Under the pieces are notes generated by a model, which searched no databases, was not told the DNA's origin, and was given only the letters and a program-made list of their open reading frames with translations. Positions 18,586 to 29,392 of a stretch of 64,000 bases of DNA are shown piece after piece. Source of the DNA: Bacteroidota bacterium. Its GTDB lineage: Bacteria > Bacteroidota > Bacteroidia > Bacteroidales > UBA12481. Location: NCBI GenBank assembly GCA_018669475.1, contig JABHCC010000189.1, positions 18,383-82,382 on the forward strand. Reading direction: 5' to 3'. The translations under genes and the position numbers were made by a program. How positions within the stretch are numbered: the stretch's first letter is position 1; every line of letters starts with the position of its first letter.

Positions 18586-20826
18586 ATGATAAAAACAACT
18601 ATAACAGCATTGAGTCAGAGCAATAAACTCAGGCTTATTCTTCTTGGACTAATTATTTCTTTTGCTGCTTGTACAGATTCTGATTCTCAGATGAATACCC
18701 GGGTATATGATGACCTGCCGTTTATCCAGGATTATGCAGAGCAATTTGAATTAATAACAACACAGGCAGTGCCGGAACTTCTCGAGGTAAGATGTGACAG
18801 GAATAATAATATTAAAATTCTCTCTTCAGAAGGTTTGTTGCAGCCCTGGGAAAAGAACCTTGTAGCTGATCAGCTTTATAGTCCGATTCGGGATATGAGA
18901 ATAATTTCAATCGCTTCATTTAAGAACCAGTTTGTTTATTTAACCGACAAAGCAATTTTGAGCAATGCTTGGGCCGGAAAGTTTTATGTTAAACATAATA
19001 TTGAGAACTGTTCCCATTTTGTTTTAGGAGATGATTTCTCAGTTCTGGTAGCTGCCAGGGAGAAATTGGCCTTCTTTACTGATTCAGAATTGGTATGGGA
19101 AGAATCACTTGATGATTTTGAGCCTGTCGAACTTCTGTATAATTCAAGTCAGGGAGTTTTTGTAATTCTTTCAAAAAGTGCAATTTATACATTTACCATA
19201 GCAGATAAGCAATTGATTATGAGGTCAGATGCTGGAAATTTCACATCAATGGCCTTTGTAGCAGAAAATAGCCTATTAATGCTTGGAACAGAAGATGGGA
19301 TTTTGTCTTTGGATTCAGAATCGTTTAAAGAAATTTCACCTCTGAATACTAAACTTCCAGATACTAAAATATCATGCATTACTAAAATAAATGGAAAGTT
19401 ATGGTTCGGATCATCCAAAGGAGCTTTTTCGCAAAGAGATGATAATAAATACGATTATTATGCATCAAAGCGCTGGCTGGTCGATGATCAGGTTATTGAT
19501 ATCAGCGCGGGACCAGATAATAGTGTATTAATTCTTACAGAAACAGGATTAAGCCAAATCGTTTTTACAAAGATAACCCTTGCTGATAAAGCTGAATATT
19601 TCCAAAAAGTGCAAAGGCTTCGGCATGTTCGCTATGGTTTTAGTTCAGCAACGAGCCTTAAAGTGCCAGGAGATCTGTCATCTGCAGTTTTGCATGATAC
19701 AGATAATGATGGCCTTTGGACATCTATGTACCTGGCTGGTGAGCTGTTCCGTTATGGAGTGACCAAGTCGAATGACGCTCTGCAAAATGCGTACGAAGCT
19801 TTTGAAGCCATGGAACGTCTTACTGAAATAAGTGGAATTCAAGGATTCCCGGCAAGAACATATGAGATTGATGGTTATCAGTCAAGTGATACTGATCCAA
19901 ATATGTCTGAGGATGAGAAAATCTGGAGGCTTACTGAAGATAAGCGCTGGAGGTGGAAGTCAACAACAAGCAGTGATGAATCGTGCGGTCACTTTTTTGT
20001 TTATGCCCTTTTTGCTGAAATTGTGCCTGATCAGGAGTGGAGAGACCGTGCAATTCATCAAATAAAAATCGAGATGGATCACATTATTGAACACGACTGG
20101 TACCTTGTAACATGGAACGGAAACAGGACAGAATGGGGAAGATGGAATCCTGAATATGTTAACAGTTTTCCAATTACAGTTGGTGATCGACGCTTGAATT
20201 CAACACTTATTCTTGCTTTTCTGCAAACAGCATATCATTTTACCGGAGAGAAGATCTACAAGGAGAAAGCGTTTGAACTTATGAAAGACCATGGCTACGA
20301 CGAAAACACCATCCGACCTGCTACCGTTATCGGAGAAGTTGAGGGAGAGATTCTGAGTGATACCTGGAATCACTCGGATGATGAAATGTACTTTTTAACA
20401 ATTCCTGCACTATTAAAATATGCTTTTAACGACGAATTAAAAGAAAAATTTTTTGAATCGGCAAAAAGCCATTGGGAAATTGAACGATCTGAAAAGAATC
20501 CTCTCTGGAATTTTTTGTATCTCATGTCAGGTGGTGGAGATTATGACCTGGAAGAATCAGTCTGGTGGCTCAAAGAATTCCCAATGGATCTCATATCATG
20601 GAATGTTGAGAATAGTCACAGGCAGGATTTAACAAGAGTTGAGCAAAACTTCAGAAGACAAGAATATACCGAAGTGTTGCCAAGAGATGAACGACCCATG
20701 CACTTGCATAACAATGCATTCCGAAACAATGGAGGAAATGGCGGTAGAGAAGAGTATCCTCCTTATATTTTTCTACTGCCTTATTGGGCAGGAAGATATG
20801 CAGGTGTGATTAGTCCGGCAGAATAA
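18586..20826 (+). CDS. Uncharacterised lipoprotein: beta-propeller N-half plus probable (alpha/alpha)-barrel, putative glycoside hydrolase
   Basis: Lipobox FAAC; propeller-like repeats (LMLGTEDG, LWFGSSKG, LILTETG); helical C-half with DTDNDGLWT, SSDE and NHSDDE. Confidence 0.6.
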   Translation: MIKTTITALSQSNKLRLILLGLIISFAACTDSDSQMNTRVYDDLPFIQDYAEQFELITTQAVPELLEVRCDRNNNIKILSSEGLLQPWEKNLVADQLYSPIRDMRIISIASFKNQFVYLTDKAILSNAWAGKFYVKHNIENCSHFVLGDDFSVLVAAREKLAFFTDSELVWEESLDDFEPVELLYNSSQGVFVILSKSAIYTFTIADKQLIMRSDAGNFTSMAFVAENSLLMLGTEDGILSLDSESFKEISPLNTKLPDTKISCITKINGKLWFGSSKGAFSQRDDNKYDYYASKRWLVDDQVIDISAGPDNSVLILTETGLSQIVFTKITLADKAEYFQKVQRLRHVRYGFSSATSLKVPGDLSSAVLHDTDNDGLWTSMYLAGELFRYGVTKSNDALQNAYEAFEAMERLTEISGIQGFPARTYEIDGYQSSDTDPNMSEDEKIWRLTEDKRWRWKSTTSSDESCGHFFVYALFAEIVPDQEWRDRAIHQIKIEMDHIIEHDWYLVTWNGNRTEWGRWNPEYVNSFPITVGDRRLNSTLILAFLQTAYHFTGEKIYKEKAFELMKDHGYDENTIRPATVIGEVEGEILSDTWNHSDDEMYFLTIPALLKYAFNDELKEKFFESAKSHWEIERSEKNPLWNFLYLMSGGGDYDLEESVWWLKEFPMDLISWNVENSHRQDLTRVEQNFRRQEYTEVLPRDERPMHLHNNAFRNNGGNGGREEYPPYIFLLPYWAGRYAGVISPAE

Positions 20827-20907
20827 ATGAAGCTACTATTACTTTTTTTGCAGATTATCTCATTTTGGAAGTAGATTTAGAGTAAATTATTACAATAAAT
20901 TAAGACC

Positions 20908-23043
20908 ATGAAACAGATTTTATCTTTATTAATACTTACGGTTGTTACATGTTTTGTTAGTGGTCAGTCAAGTCAGAATTCTACTGATAGCGGATCATTT
21001 GCTGATATAATGAGCACTAAAGTTATTTGTAAACAGGAAGGTAAGTATATCGGCTGGCCAAGTATCACCAAAACAGATTCTGGTGAATTATTGGTCGTTT
21101 TTTCAGGTAATCGCGAAGCGCATGTGTGTCCATTTGGAGTTACCCAGATGATTCGGAGTTCTGATAATGGTGAAACCTGGAGTGATCCTGAAACGATTAA
21201 TAATACACCCCTTGACGATCGCGATCCGGGAATCCTTGAAACAAAAAACGGAACCCTTTTAGTTAACTGGTTTACTTCTCTGGCCTTTGATAAAGACAAG
21301 TATTATGATAGAAATCCAACATGGAAGCTTCATGCGGATAAATTGGGAAATGAAACAAAGAAATACTGGATAGGGAACTGGACCAGGCGCTCATTAAACA
21401 GTGGTCAATCGTGGGAGAATCCTGTAAAACAAGTTGTTTCAGCGCCCCATGGACCAATTGAGATGACTGATGGCAGATTGTTATATGTTGGCACAGCAGT
21501 TATTAATGGGAGTAAAATGATGGGAGTTGAACAGTCTTGTGATGATGGAAAATCATGGCAATATATTTCCACAATTCCCTTGAATACTGATGACGATGTT
21601 GCTTTCTATCATGAACCACATGTTGTCGAAATTAAGAACGGTAAGCTGATTGCAATGTTTCGTTACCAGCCCCGTGATCGGGATCAATCATATTTGAGAC
21701 AATCAGAAAGTTACAATGGCGGCAGGAGCTGGACTACCAGCCACAAGATTAGTATATGGGGTTATCCGCCCCATCTTATCCAGTTAAACAACGGGTGGCT
21801 TATGGTATCATACGGTGTGCGCCGGGAACCATTCGGAGAAATGGCCTGTATCAGTAAGGACGGTGGAGAAACCTGGGAAACAGACAAGCAGATAATGATA
21901 AATCCAGCCATTAACTCCGATCTGGGTTATCCGGCCTCGGTCCAGCTTGATGATGGTTCAATTATGACTGTATACTACCAGATTGATAAGAAGGGTGAGA
22001 AAACATGCTTGTTTAGTACTCATTGGCGAATCAGGGAATCAGAGTTTGAAGATGATAACGCAAAAGTATTTGTTGGGGTAGATCATATCAAAGAAGAACA
22101 ACGTGTTGATATTCTGATAGATGATATCTTATTCACATCATATCTTTATATTGATACAATCCCAGACCTTAAAAAACCGGTTCTATTCCCGATATTCTCC
22201 GCAAAGGGTTCTGTTGTCACACGTGGTTATCCTCTTGATCCACGTCCGGGAGAACGTACCGATCATCCTCACCAAATAGGTTTATGGTTGAATTATGGTG
22301 ATGTGAATAATATCGATTTCTGGGGCAATTCGAATGCAATTCCTGATGATCAAAGGGATAGAATGGGTACTGTACTGCATAAAAAAGTTGCGCAAGTAAA
22401 AAGTGGGAAAAGTAGTGGTTCCTTAAAAGTTGAGATGGAATGGGTGAATTCTGATAATCTCACTTTACTTAAAGAAAATACCAGCTTTGTTTTTCAGGCT
22501 GGAGAAAACTATCGGATAATTGACCGGATTACAACGCTGACAGCACAGAAGGGAAATATCCTCTTTGAGGATACCAAGGAAGGCATGATGGCAATCCGTG
22601 TAAACAGAGCACTGGAACTACCGAGTGATAAGCCTGTAGTTTTAAGTGATGTACATGGTAATATAACAGAAGTGGCAAAACTTGATAATACAGGGGTTAA
22701 CGGGAAATACCTGAATAGTGAAGGGATCGAAGGATTGGATGTATGGGGAAAGCAGGCAAGCTGGGTATCCCTTTCCGGGAAGATAGGTAACGAAGATGTT
22801 TCTGTTATCATCTTTGATCATCCTGAGAATCCAGGCCATACTACATATTGGCATGCCAGGGGTTATGGACTGTTTGCCGCAAATCCGCTGGGACAAAAAA
22901 CTTTTACTAAGGGAGAAAAGGAACTGAATCTTTCTCTTGATCCCGGAGAATCGGTCACGTTTAAATATCGAGTCCTAATTAAGTCGGGTCTTATAACTTC
23001 ATCTGAAATAAGTGATATATATGATTCATTTGTAAAGGAATAG
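20908..23043 (+). CDS. Fusion of a BNR sialidase-like propeller and a DUF6807 (so-called PmoA-like) domain
   Basis: Asp-boxes SSDNGETW, SCDDGKSW, SYNGGRSW and SKDGGETW, plus DLGYPASVQL. C-half KPVLFPI, DHPHQIGLW, DFW and WHARGYGLFAANP. Confidence 0.8.
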   Translation: MKQILSLLILTVVTCFVSGQSSQNSTDSGSFADIMSTKVICKQEGKYIGWPSITKTDSGELLVVFSGNREAHVCPFGVTQMIRSSDNGETWSDPETINNTPLDDRDPGILETKNGTLLVNWFTSLAFDKDKYYDRNPTWKLHADKLGNETKKYWIGNWTRRSLNSGQSWENPVKQVVSAPHGPIEMTDGRLLYVGTAVINGSKMMGVEQSCDDGKSWQYISTIPLNTDDDVAFYHEPHVVEIKNGKLIAMFRYQPRDRDQSYLRQSESYNGGRSWTTSHKISIWGYPPHLIQLNNGWLMVSYGVRREPFGEMACISKDGGETWETDKQIMINPAINSDLGYPASVQLDDGSIMTVYYQIDKKGEKTCLFSTHWRIRESEFEDDNAKVFVGVDHIKEEQRVDILIDDILFTSYLYIDTIPDLKKPVLFPIFSAKGSVVTRGYPLDPRPGERTDHPHQIGLWLNYGDVNNIDFWGNSNAIPDDQRDRMGTVLHKKVAQVKSGKSSGSLKVEMEWVNSDNLTLLKENTSFVFQAGENYRIIDRITTLTAQKGNILFEDTKEGMMAIRVNRALELPSDKPVVLSDVHGNITEVAKLDNTGVNGKYLNSEGIEGLDVWGKQASWVSLSGKIGNEDVSVIIFDHPENPGHTTYWHARGYGLFAANPLGQKTFTKGEKELNLSLDPGESVTFKYRVLIKSGLITSSEISDIYDSFVKE

Positions 23044-23100
23044 CTTGATTGAGCAATTTCTGATCAATTGAGAATCTCGTATCTGTGGAGTAAGTATAAT

Positions 23101-24246
23101 CTACTTCCTTCTTTCCACAATAATCTCTTCAATCAGATCACCATTGATGTCAATGGCTTCCAAGCTAGTATTATCTATACCCACATTTACTCTCACGTAA
23201 TGTTCAATTTTCTTATATGCAACGGTTTCTGCTTGTATAGAGTCCGTGGCATACAGGGGGGCTCCACCTCCTCCTGTTACGATGTAATGAGTTCCTCTGT
23301 TTTCGGCATGATGGTAATAATGGTCGTGGCCGTTTAATACAGCTGTCACATCGTGGCGCTCAAAAACATCTCCCCAGAATTCTCTTCTGAGCTCTGCATC
23401 TGCAACTCGACTTTTCTTTATGCTGTAATAGGTGGGATGAAAGAATACAAAAATGTAACCTGCATCATTATTTAAGTTTAAGATGTTTTCAAGCCATTCT
23501 TTCTCTTCCTCGAAATATTTCTTGCTAATATCGGTCCAGAATGCATTCCTGCTTTCACCTTGCAGATATTCAGGAGTTTCGTAATCCGGTCCTTCCATAT
23601 CAAGTATGATAAAAAGAGCGTCTCCAACGGAGAAAAAGTAGTAACTCTCATTGCCGGGAAGGGAAAAGAAATCATAGTAATTTTCAGAATCCTGCTCATG
23701 ATTTCCTAAAACTGTGTAATATGGGACATGACGAATCAAAGAGTCATTTATCCTGAAAAAATGTTCCCAGTCGTTCATATTGTTTCCCTGACTTACTAAA
23801 TCACCTGTATTTATAACAAACAGAGGATTCTCTTCAATAATTCTATTCACAATTGTTTGATGAACACTATGACGGGTCCGCGTATCTCCTAAAACAGCGA
23901 AATGGAATGCTTGTATTGAATCCGGAAATGTTGTAAAGGTGCCTTTTCCCCAGTCTGTGCCATCATTGAGTACATCGTAGGAATACGTAGTGTTTGGTTT
24001 CAAGCGAGTAATTACAGATTTGTGATTACTATATTGATTCACTTTATGAATGATACTATCGCCGACTCTGATTTGGGTTGTCCCAATCATGGTAGACCAA
24101 CAAAGTGTAACTTCATTCTGTGTCATACTTTGTACATATGGCCCGATCATTTCAGGCAAATTATCTGCTTCCTTCTTTTGACAGTGCGTGAAACCCACAA
24201 TAAAAATTGAAATAAACAGATAGTTGACAGTTTGTCGCAGATTCAT
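23101..24246 (-). CDS. Purple-acid-phosphatase-like metallophosphoesterase (FN3-like N-terminus), probably exported
   Basis: GDTR, GDLV, GNHE, FFHP, GHDH and TGGGGAPLY. Start moved to MNLRQ at 24246, immediately after susD. Confidence 0.9.
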   Translation of the reverse strand: MNLRQTVNYLFISIFIVGFTHCQKKEADNLPEMIGPYVQSMTQNEVTLCWSTMIGTTQIRVGDSIIHKVNQYSNHKSVITRLKPNTTYSYDVLNDGTDWGKGTFTTFPDSIQAFHFAVLGDTRTRHSVHQTIVNRIIEENPLFVINTGDLVSQGNNMNDWEHFFRINDSLIRHVPYYTVLGNHEQDSENYYDFFSLPGNESYYFFSVGDALFIILDMEGPDYETPEYLQGESRNAFWTDISKKYFEEEKEWLENILNLNNDAGYIFVFFHPTYYSIKKSRVADAELRREFWGDVFERHDVTAVLNGHDHYYHHAENRGTHYIVTGGGGAPLYATDSIQAETVAYKKIEHYVRVNVGIDNTSLEAIDINGDLIEEIIVERRK

Positions 24247-24248
24247 AA

Positions 24249-25907
24249 TTATTGTAATAACCACATTTTCGACCAGGCGCTGTTTTTACCATCCTCCGCT
24301 GAAAAAGCGGTCTTTTCAAGCAGATCAATCGCCGACTGGGTATTCACAGGATTGTAATCCATCTCATCTATAGAGTAATAGAATCTTAAGGGTAAGGCAT
24401 CTCTTTTAACAACAGCCCCGGGCTGCAAGGCAGGTAATCCGGTTCTCCTGAAGTCAAACCAGGATTCAGCAGCAGCAGTCCAGCTGGCAATCCATTTTTG
24501 CTCCATGATCTGCTTCTGAGTGCCCTCATACGCTACACCTTCATTAAGAATGTAACTATCATAAGCTCGGCTGATCCCCCAGGCTTTTAGAGAGGCTTGT
24601 ACTCCGGCCTCATAGTGAACCTGTGCAGACTCATTGGTCCATCCCATAAGTGCAGCCTCAGCAATTATTAAATGTACTTCAGCAGCAGTAAGCAAGCGTG
24701 ATTTTAATAGTGGACCAGAAGCTTTTTTATATCTGTCATTAAGATGAGAAGCATGTGGATTTCGAGGTGCTTGTCCCCAGTTATTATCCGGATTCATATT
24801 GTATGCTTGTGGTAAATTCGACCATGAAGGAGGAAGTCCGACAAACTCCGGATCTTCGTCTACCGGAAAACCAAATTGATTAAGATACTGATCGACAGCA
24901 TCTGATCCAACATAGCGTATACCATCAACTATCTCATTCCTGTCAGCCGGAGAGGCAACAACAACCAGCGGGATATCAATTTTTTGAGCCCATAATTCCA
25001 GTCTCGGATCGTTCAATTCCTGCATAGCATCCACAAGCGTAGCACACATTTTAAGTCGTCTGAAAGAGCCCTGCTCCAATTGACCAAATACTGTATTTGT
25101 AGGCCATGAATCCACTGTGCTGGCACCTGGGTAATCCATATTAACATCATCGCTGGTATTCAGAATTATCGGATAGCCTACCGGATTGTTAACAATTTTC
25201 TCAATACCTGCCCGGGCCATGGAAGGATCCTTCTCAGAGAGCCGCATATAGTATCTTAAAGCCAGGGAATTTGCAAATTTTCTCCACAGGTCAACATCAC
25301 CTTTGAGTAGGATGTCCTGGGCAGGACTAATACCCAAATAGTCATTCTGATTCTTTGATAGTAAGGTATTTGCAGTGTCAAGGTCAGCAAGGATGCCAGT
25401 ATAAATATCTTCCTGACGGTCAAAAGCCGGTTTGATGTTTTCTTCTCCACTCTGGTCACCCATAAGAGCCCGTGAGTAAGGAGCATCTCCCCAAATATCT
25501 GTGATAAGTCCAAAAATATATGATTTGATCACTAAGGCCACTCCCTGATGAAATTCAAGTTCCATATCCACTGACTTTTTATACATCTCATCAGTATTCC
25601 TGAGTATGCCATAATACCCTGCCCAATCCTGGTTTGTTGACCAATCATAGCCGTTATGGCCACCACTCCAGCCATCTTTCTGTGTATGCTGCATAACACC
25701 GGCAATATTTCCAAATCCTAAACCAACAACTGCCAGTCCTGTTTGGGATACAATAGTGCTCATTAGTAAATTCGGATGTGCAATAGCAGGATCTACTCCG
25801 TTTGGATTGATGTTCATATCTTCCAGTTTCTCGCACGAAAAGAGAAGGGTGGCTAACAAAATCAAGGGGAGTATTAATTTGTTCCTATGTGTGTATTTTG
25901 TCTTCAT
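24249..25907 (-). CDS. susD: SusD/RagB-family outer-membrane lipoprotein
   Basis: Lipobox LLFSC; NINPN, WGDAPYS, WRKFANSLALR, QKWIA and WFDFRRTG; directly downstream of susC. Confidence 0.95.
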   Translation of the reverse strand: MKTKYTHRNKLILPLILLATLLFSCEKLEDMNINPNGVDPAIAHPNLLMSTIVSQTGLAVVGLGFGNIAGVMQHTQKDGWSGGHNGYDWSTNQDWAGYYGILRNTDEMYKKSVDMELEFHQGVALVIKSYIFGLITDIWGDAPYSRALMGDQSGEENIKPAFDRQEDIYTGILADLDTANTLLSKNQNDYLGISPAQDILLKGDVDLWRKFANSLALRYYMRLSEKDPSMARAGIEKIVNNPVGYPIILNTSDDVNMDYPGASTVDSWPTNTVFGQLEQGSFRRLKMCATLVDAMQELNDPRLELWAQKIDIPLVVVASPADRNEIVDGIRYVGSDAVDQYLNQFGFPVDEDPEFVGLPPSWSNLPQAYNMNPDNNWGQAPRNPHASHLNDRYKKASGPLLKSRLLTAAEVHLIIAEAALMGWTNESAQVHYEAGVQASLKAWGISRAYDSYILNEGVAYEGTQKQIMEQKWIASWTAAAESWFDFRRTGLPALQPGAVVKRDALPLRFYYSIDEMDYNPVNTQSAIDLLEKTAFSAEDGKNSAWSKMWLLQ

Positions 25908-25918
25908 AGTTATAGTTT

Positions 25919-28900
25919 TTAGAAAGTAAGGTGAAATTTAAAGCCAATTGGCATTACCCATGGTTCAAGATTATATCTTTCAATGCCTTGCTTAAATCCA
26001 GAAGCTTCTGCCTGAAATGCTCTTTCAGGATCAACCCCTATTTTGGCCTTTGTCCATAAATTAATATTCCGACTGTAAATTGATACCGTTATATCTTGAA
26101 AACCATATCGATGAGCGAAATCGGAGGGAATCTGGTAAGTCAGTGATACTTCTCTTAACTTAACAAAATCTGCATCGAAGGTTGAAGATTTTGTAAAGCT
26201 CCATGGGTACAATATAATGTAAGGAACAAACATAGTGCCTTCTTCACCAAGGTTCTCAGTATAAGTTCCGTCAGAATTCTGGATCACACCCGGTATAAAT
26301 GCTCCATCATTAACTATCACACCACTATAACCTTCAGGGAATCCTCCATATTCAGAGGTTGGACCGCCAATTACATGAAAACCATTTAATATTAGTGTTT
26401 CTTCATTTTCTATCAGCCAGTCACGAAGTTCTTGTCCGGTCCTGTCTCCGGGATTGACCATTTGATCCAGCCAATGTTGAGAGTTCTTATTCTCTGACAT
26501 ATACCTGTGTGTTTGAGAAACAAATTGACCTCCTTTTCTCCAATCAAAAGTCATATTCAAAGTAAAGCCTTTGTAGGAGATTCCTGATTGCAGCCCTAGT
26601 AAGAAGTCAGGATTATAATTTCCAATTTTAGACATGAAAGCCTGACTTGGATCATCCTGCCACCTCAGATTTTCTCCACCAACTATCGGATAACCGTAAT
26701 AAGGAGAGTTTGGATCCTCAACAACTAATAGGGTAGCATCGTATATATCACCAATGTCATCCCCGACGTAGGTTTTGGCTCCTCCTTTGGCATCTCTCCA
26801 GAACTCAATAAAATCAATACCGTCAGAGATTTCAACCAATGTTGTTCGGTTTCTGGAGAAATTCATATCAATATCCCATACTAAGTTATTGTTTCTGATT
26901 GGTGTACCCCCGAAAAGGAATTCCCATCCTTTACTCTCTATCAAGCCGGCATTAATATTAACACTGCTGAAACCAGATGAACTGGCAATAGGAATATTCC
27001 TGATTATCTGATTTCTGTTCTCGACAGAATAGTATGTTCCTTCAATTCTTATCCTGTCTCTGGCTATCCTCATATCGGTACCAATTTCCCAGGAAGTAGC
27101 TTCTTCCGGTTTTAAATCAGGAGTTAAAATCGTACCTGATTTGGAGAGCCGTGTTGCATCACCCCATTGACCTGCGTTGCCATAGCTTGGGTAAAGTTGG
27201 TAGGGATTAGCATCGTTACCAACTTTGGCCCAGCCTCCTCGTATTTTCAGTAAGTCAAACATGTCTCCCACCTCGAGCATTTCATTCAGGAGTACACTAA
27301 GTGATGCAGAAGGGTAGAAATAAGATTGATTCTCCTTTGGCAGAGTGCTTGACCAGTCATTTCTGGCTGTCAAATCAAGGTAAATCATACTATTGTAGGA
27401 GAGATTGGCCATTCCATAAAGACTGTAGATTGCCTTCTGATACCAGCTGCTTCCATAATTTAATGAACCCGACTTAATATTACTTATAGTGTAAACTTCC
27501 GGAACAATCAAGCCCGTACTTGGCTTTGAGGAATTACTTATCGATGAGCCTTTCCTGTATAATGAATTCCCGCCGGCAGAAACAGATATATTGAAATTAT
27601 TTAATTGCTTATTGTAAGTGGCAAGAACATCAGCGTTGCCTTCAAAATTGTTAATATCCACAATTCCATATGCTCCGTTATTTGATTCTCTTGTGTAACT
27701 CGGTGATATTTTAGTTTCCCTTCTTTCATCGTATCTGTCAATTGAATACCTTCCCATCAGGCTGAACTCAGGAGTGATCTGCAATACCGCTTTCATGTTG
27801 CCAAAGAATCTTTCCCTGGCAAAACTATTATTCACTTCATTAGCCAGGAAGTATGGATTATTATAAATCCCATTTGCAGGGGTTCTTTGTTGAACTCCTT
27901 CCTGACCAGGTTCCCAGTAATCCTGCAAGTCAAGGATATCAATGTTCAAAGGCATCTTGTATGCCCACTCAAGCGGATTTGTTCCCCTGTTACTGGAAGG
28001 ACGATTATTGGACCATGATTTATTAATATTAATATTTGAGCTAATAGTGAGTTTTTCACTTGCGCGAATGTCAGTGCCCACCGAAAAATTATTCCTGAAA
28101 AGATCGGAGTTTGGAATAATTCCCCTGTTGGTCATGCTGGTAACCCCAAGCCTGTAATTCATCATTTCCGTATTGCTGGACACAGAAACCCCATTGGTGG
28201 ATGTAATGCCTGTCTGAACAAAGTTTGCTACATTATCGGGGTAGGATATCAGCTCGATTGGAACTTTGTTACCGTTTGCATCCCGCGGACTTTGCCATTG
28301 AATAGCAAAATATCCCTTATCACATTCTATTCCTGCACCTGCGCCTTGTGCCGGATCAACTACCATAACAGAGCCCGGATAATTATCGGGTGTAAAAGAG
28401 AAATAGCCTGATGAAAAATGCTTTTGAGTTTCAAAATATTTAAAAGGCTTGTCAAAAACAGTATTTGAAGTGATTGAAACTGTTATTCCTCTGTCTTTCT
28501 TTCCTCTTTTGGTTGTAATCAGCACAACACCATTTCCGGCTCTTGAACCATACAATGCGGCAGCACTGGGTCCTTTCAAAATTGAAACACTTTCAATATC
28601 ATCCGGATTAAGGTCAGAAATGGCATTTCCATAATCTACGATATTTCTTTCGCCGAACTGGGTCATATTACTCAAGGAATTAATCATCGGTACTCCATCA
28701 ACCACAAAAAGAGGCTGGTTATCACTGCTCAGAGAAGTAGCCCCCCTTATCACCATACTCACTGATGAGCCGGTTCCTCCTGTGCTGTTAACAGTTACAC
28801 CGGCTACCTTGCCCGCCAGGGAACTTATAACATTTTCACGCGTTACCCTGGTCATGTCTTCTCCATCAACTTTCCCTACAGCATAACCCAGAGACTTCTC

Positions 28901-29275
28901 CTGACGAGTGATACCAAGGGCTGTTACAACAACTTCATCCAATCTCTGTATGCTCTCCTGAAGCACGATATTAATAATTAGTTTATTTCCAACGAGTACC
29001 TCCTGGACTTCATAGCCAACAAATGAGAATCTCAATATGCTGTTTTCTCCGGGAACATTAATACTATAATCACCATTGCTGTTAGTAATCACACCGGCGC
29101 CGGTGCCTTTCACCACAACAGATACTCCTGGCAGACCATTCCCATCAACAGATGAGGTAACTTTTCCAGATACTTGAATAGTATTTGCCCAAGCATTTCC
29201 AGAAAATATCATGGCGAACAATAAAACGCTGATCATACGTCTTATTAACTTTTTGGAAAAACATTTAATAATCAT
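25919..29275 (-). CDS. susC: SusC/RagA-family TonB-dependent transporter
   Basis: LPGVSVVVKGT, EVVVTALGI, PLFVVDG, SILKGPSAAALYGSRAGNGVVLITTK, RNDWSSTL and C-terminal Phe. Confidence 0.97.
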   Translation of the reverse strand: MIIKCFSKKLIRRMISVLLFAMIFSGNAWANTIQVSGKVTSSVDGNGLPGVSVVVKGTGAGVITNSNGDYSINVPGENSILRFSFVGYEVQEVLVGNKLIINIVLQESIQRLDEVVVTALGITRQEKSLGYAVGKVDGEDMTRVTRENVISSLAGKVAGVTVNSTGGTGSSVSMVIRGATSLSSDNQPLFVVDGVPMINSLSNMTQFGERNIVDYGNAISDLNPDDIESVSILKGPSAAALYGSRAGNGVVLITTKRGKKDRGITVSITSNTVFDKPFKYFETQKHFSSGYFSFTPDNYPGSVMVVDPAQGAGAGIECDKGYFAIQWQSPRDANGNKVPIELISYPDNVANFVQTGITSTNGVSVSSNTEMMNYRLGVTSMTNRGIIPNSDLFRNNFSVGTDIRASEKLTISSNININKSWSNNRPSSNRGTNPLEWAYKMPLNIDILDLQDYWEPGQEGVQQRTPANGIYNNPYFLANEVNNSFARERFFGNMKAVLQITPEFSLMGRYSIDRYDERRETKISPSYTRESNNGAYGIVDINNFEGNADVLATYNKQLNNFNISVSAGGNSLYRKGSSISNSSKPSTGLIVPEVYTISNIKSGSLNYGSSWYQKAIYSLYGMANLSYNSMIYLDLTARNDWSSTLPKENQSYFYPSASLSVLLNEMLEVGDMFDLLKIRGGWAKVGNDANPYQLYPSYGNAGQWGDATRLSKSGTILTPDLKPEEATSWEIGTDMRIARDRIRIEGTYYSVENRNQIIRNIPIASSSGFSSVNINAGLIESKGWEFLFGGTPIRNNNLVWDIDMNFSRNRTTLVEISDGIDFIEFWRDAKGGAKTYVGDDIGDIYDATLLVVEDPNSPYYGYPIVGGENLRWQDDPSQAFMSKIGNYNPDFLLGLQSGISYKGFTLNMTFDWRKGGQFVSQTHRYMSENKNSQHWLDQMVNPGDRTGQELRDWLIENEETLILNGFHVIGGPTSEYGGFPEGYSGVIVNDGAFIPGVIQNSDGTYTENLGEEGTMFVPYIILYPWSFTKSSTFDADFVKLREVSLTYQIPSDFAHRYGFQDITVSIYSRNINLWTKAKIGVDPERAFQAEASGFKQGIERYNLEPWVMPIGFKFHLTF

Positions 29276-29392
29276 AGTTATTGGGTAGGTTAATAATTGA
29301 TGAATCGAACAATAAATATAAGGAAATTTAAGTAAGTTTGTATTAAGTTTTAACCTTATCTTACAGTGATATTGACAATATAACTATGATAG

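Noticed and set aside
22060..23043. 'Methane oxygenase PmoA' label often given to this domain
   Set aside because: It is a soluble, exported domain fused to a glycosidase-like propeller. True PmoA is polytopic, and no pmoB or pmoC is present.
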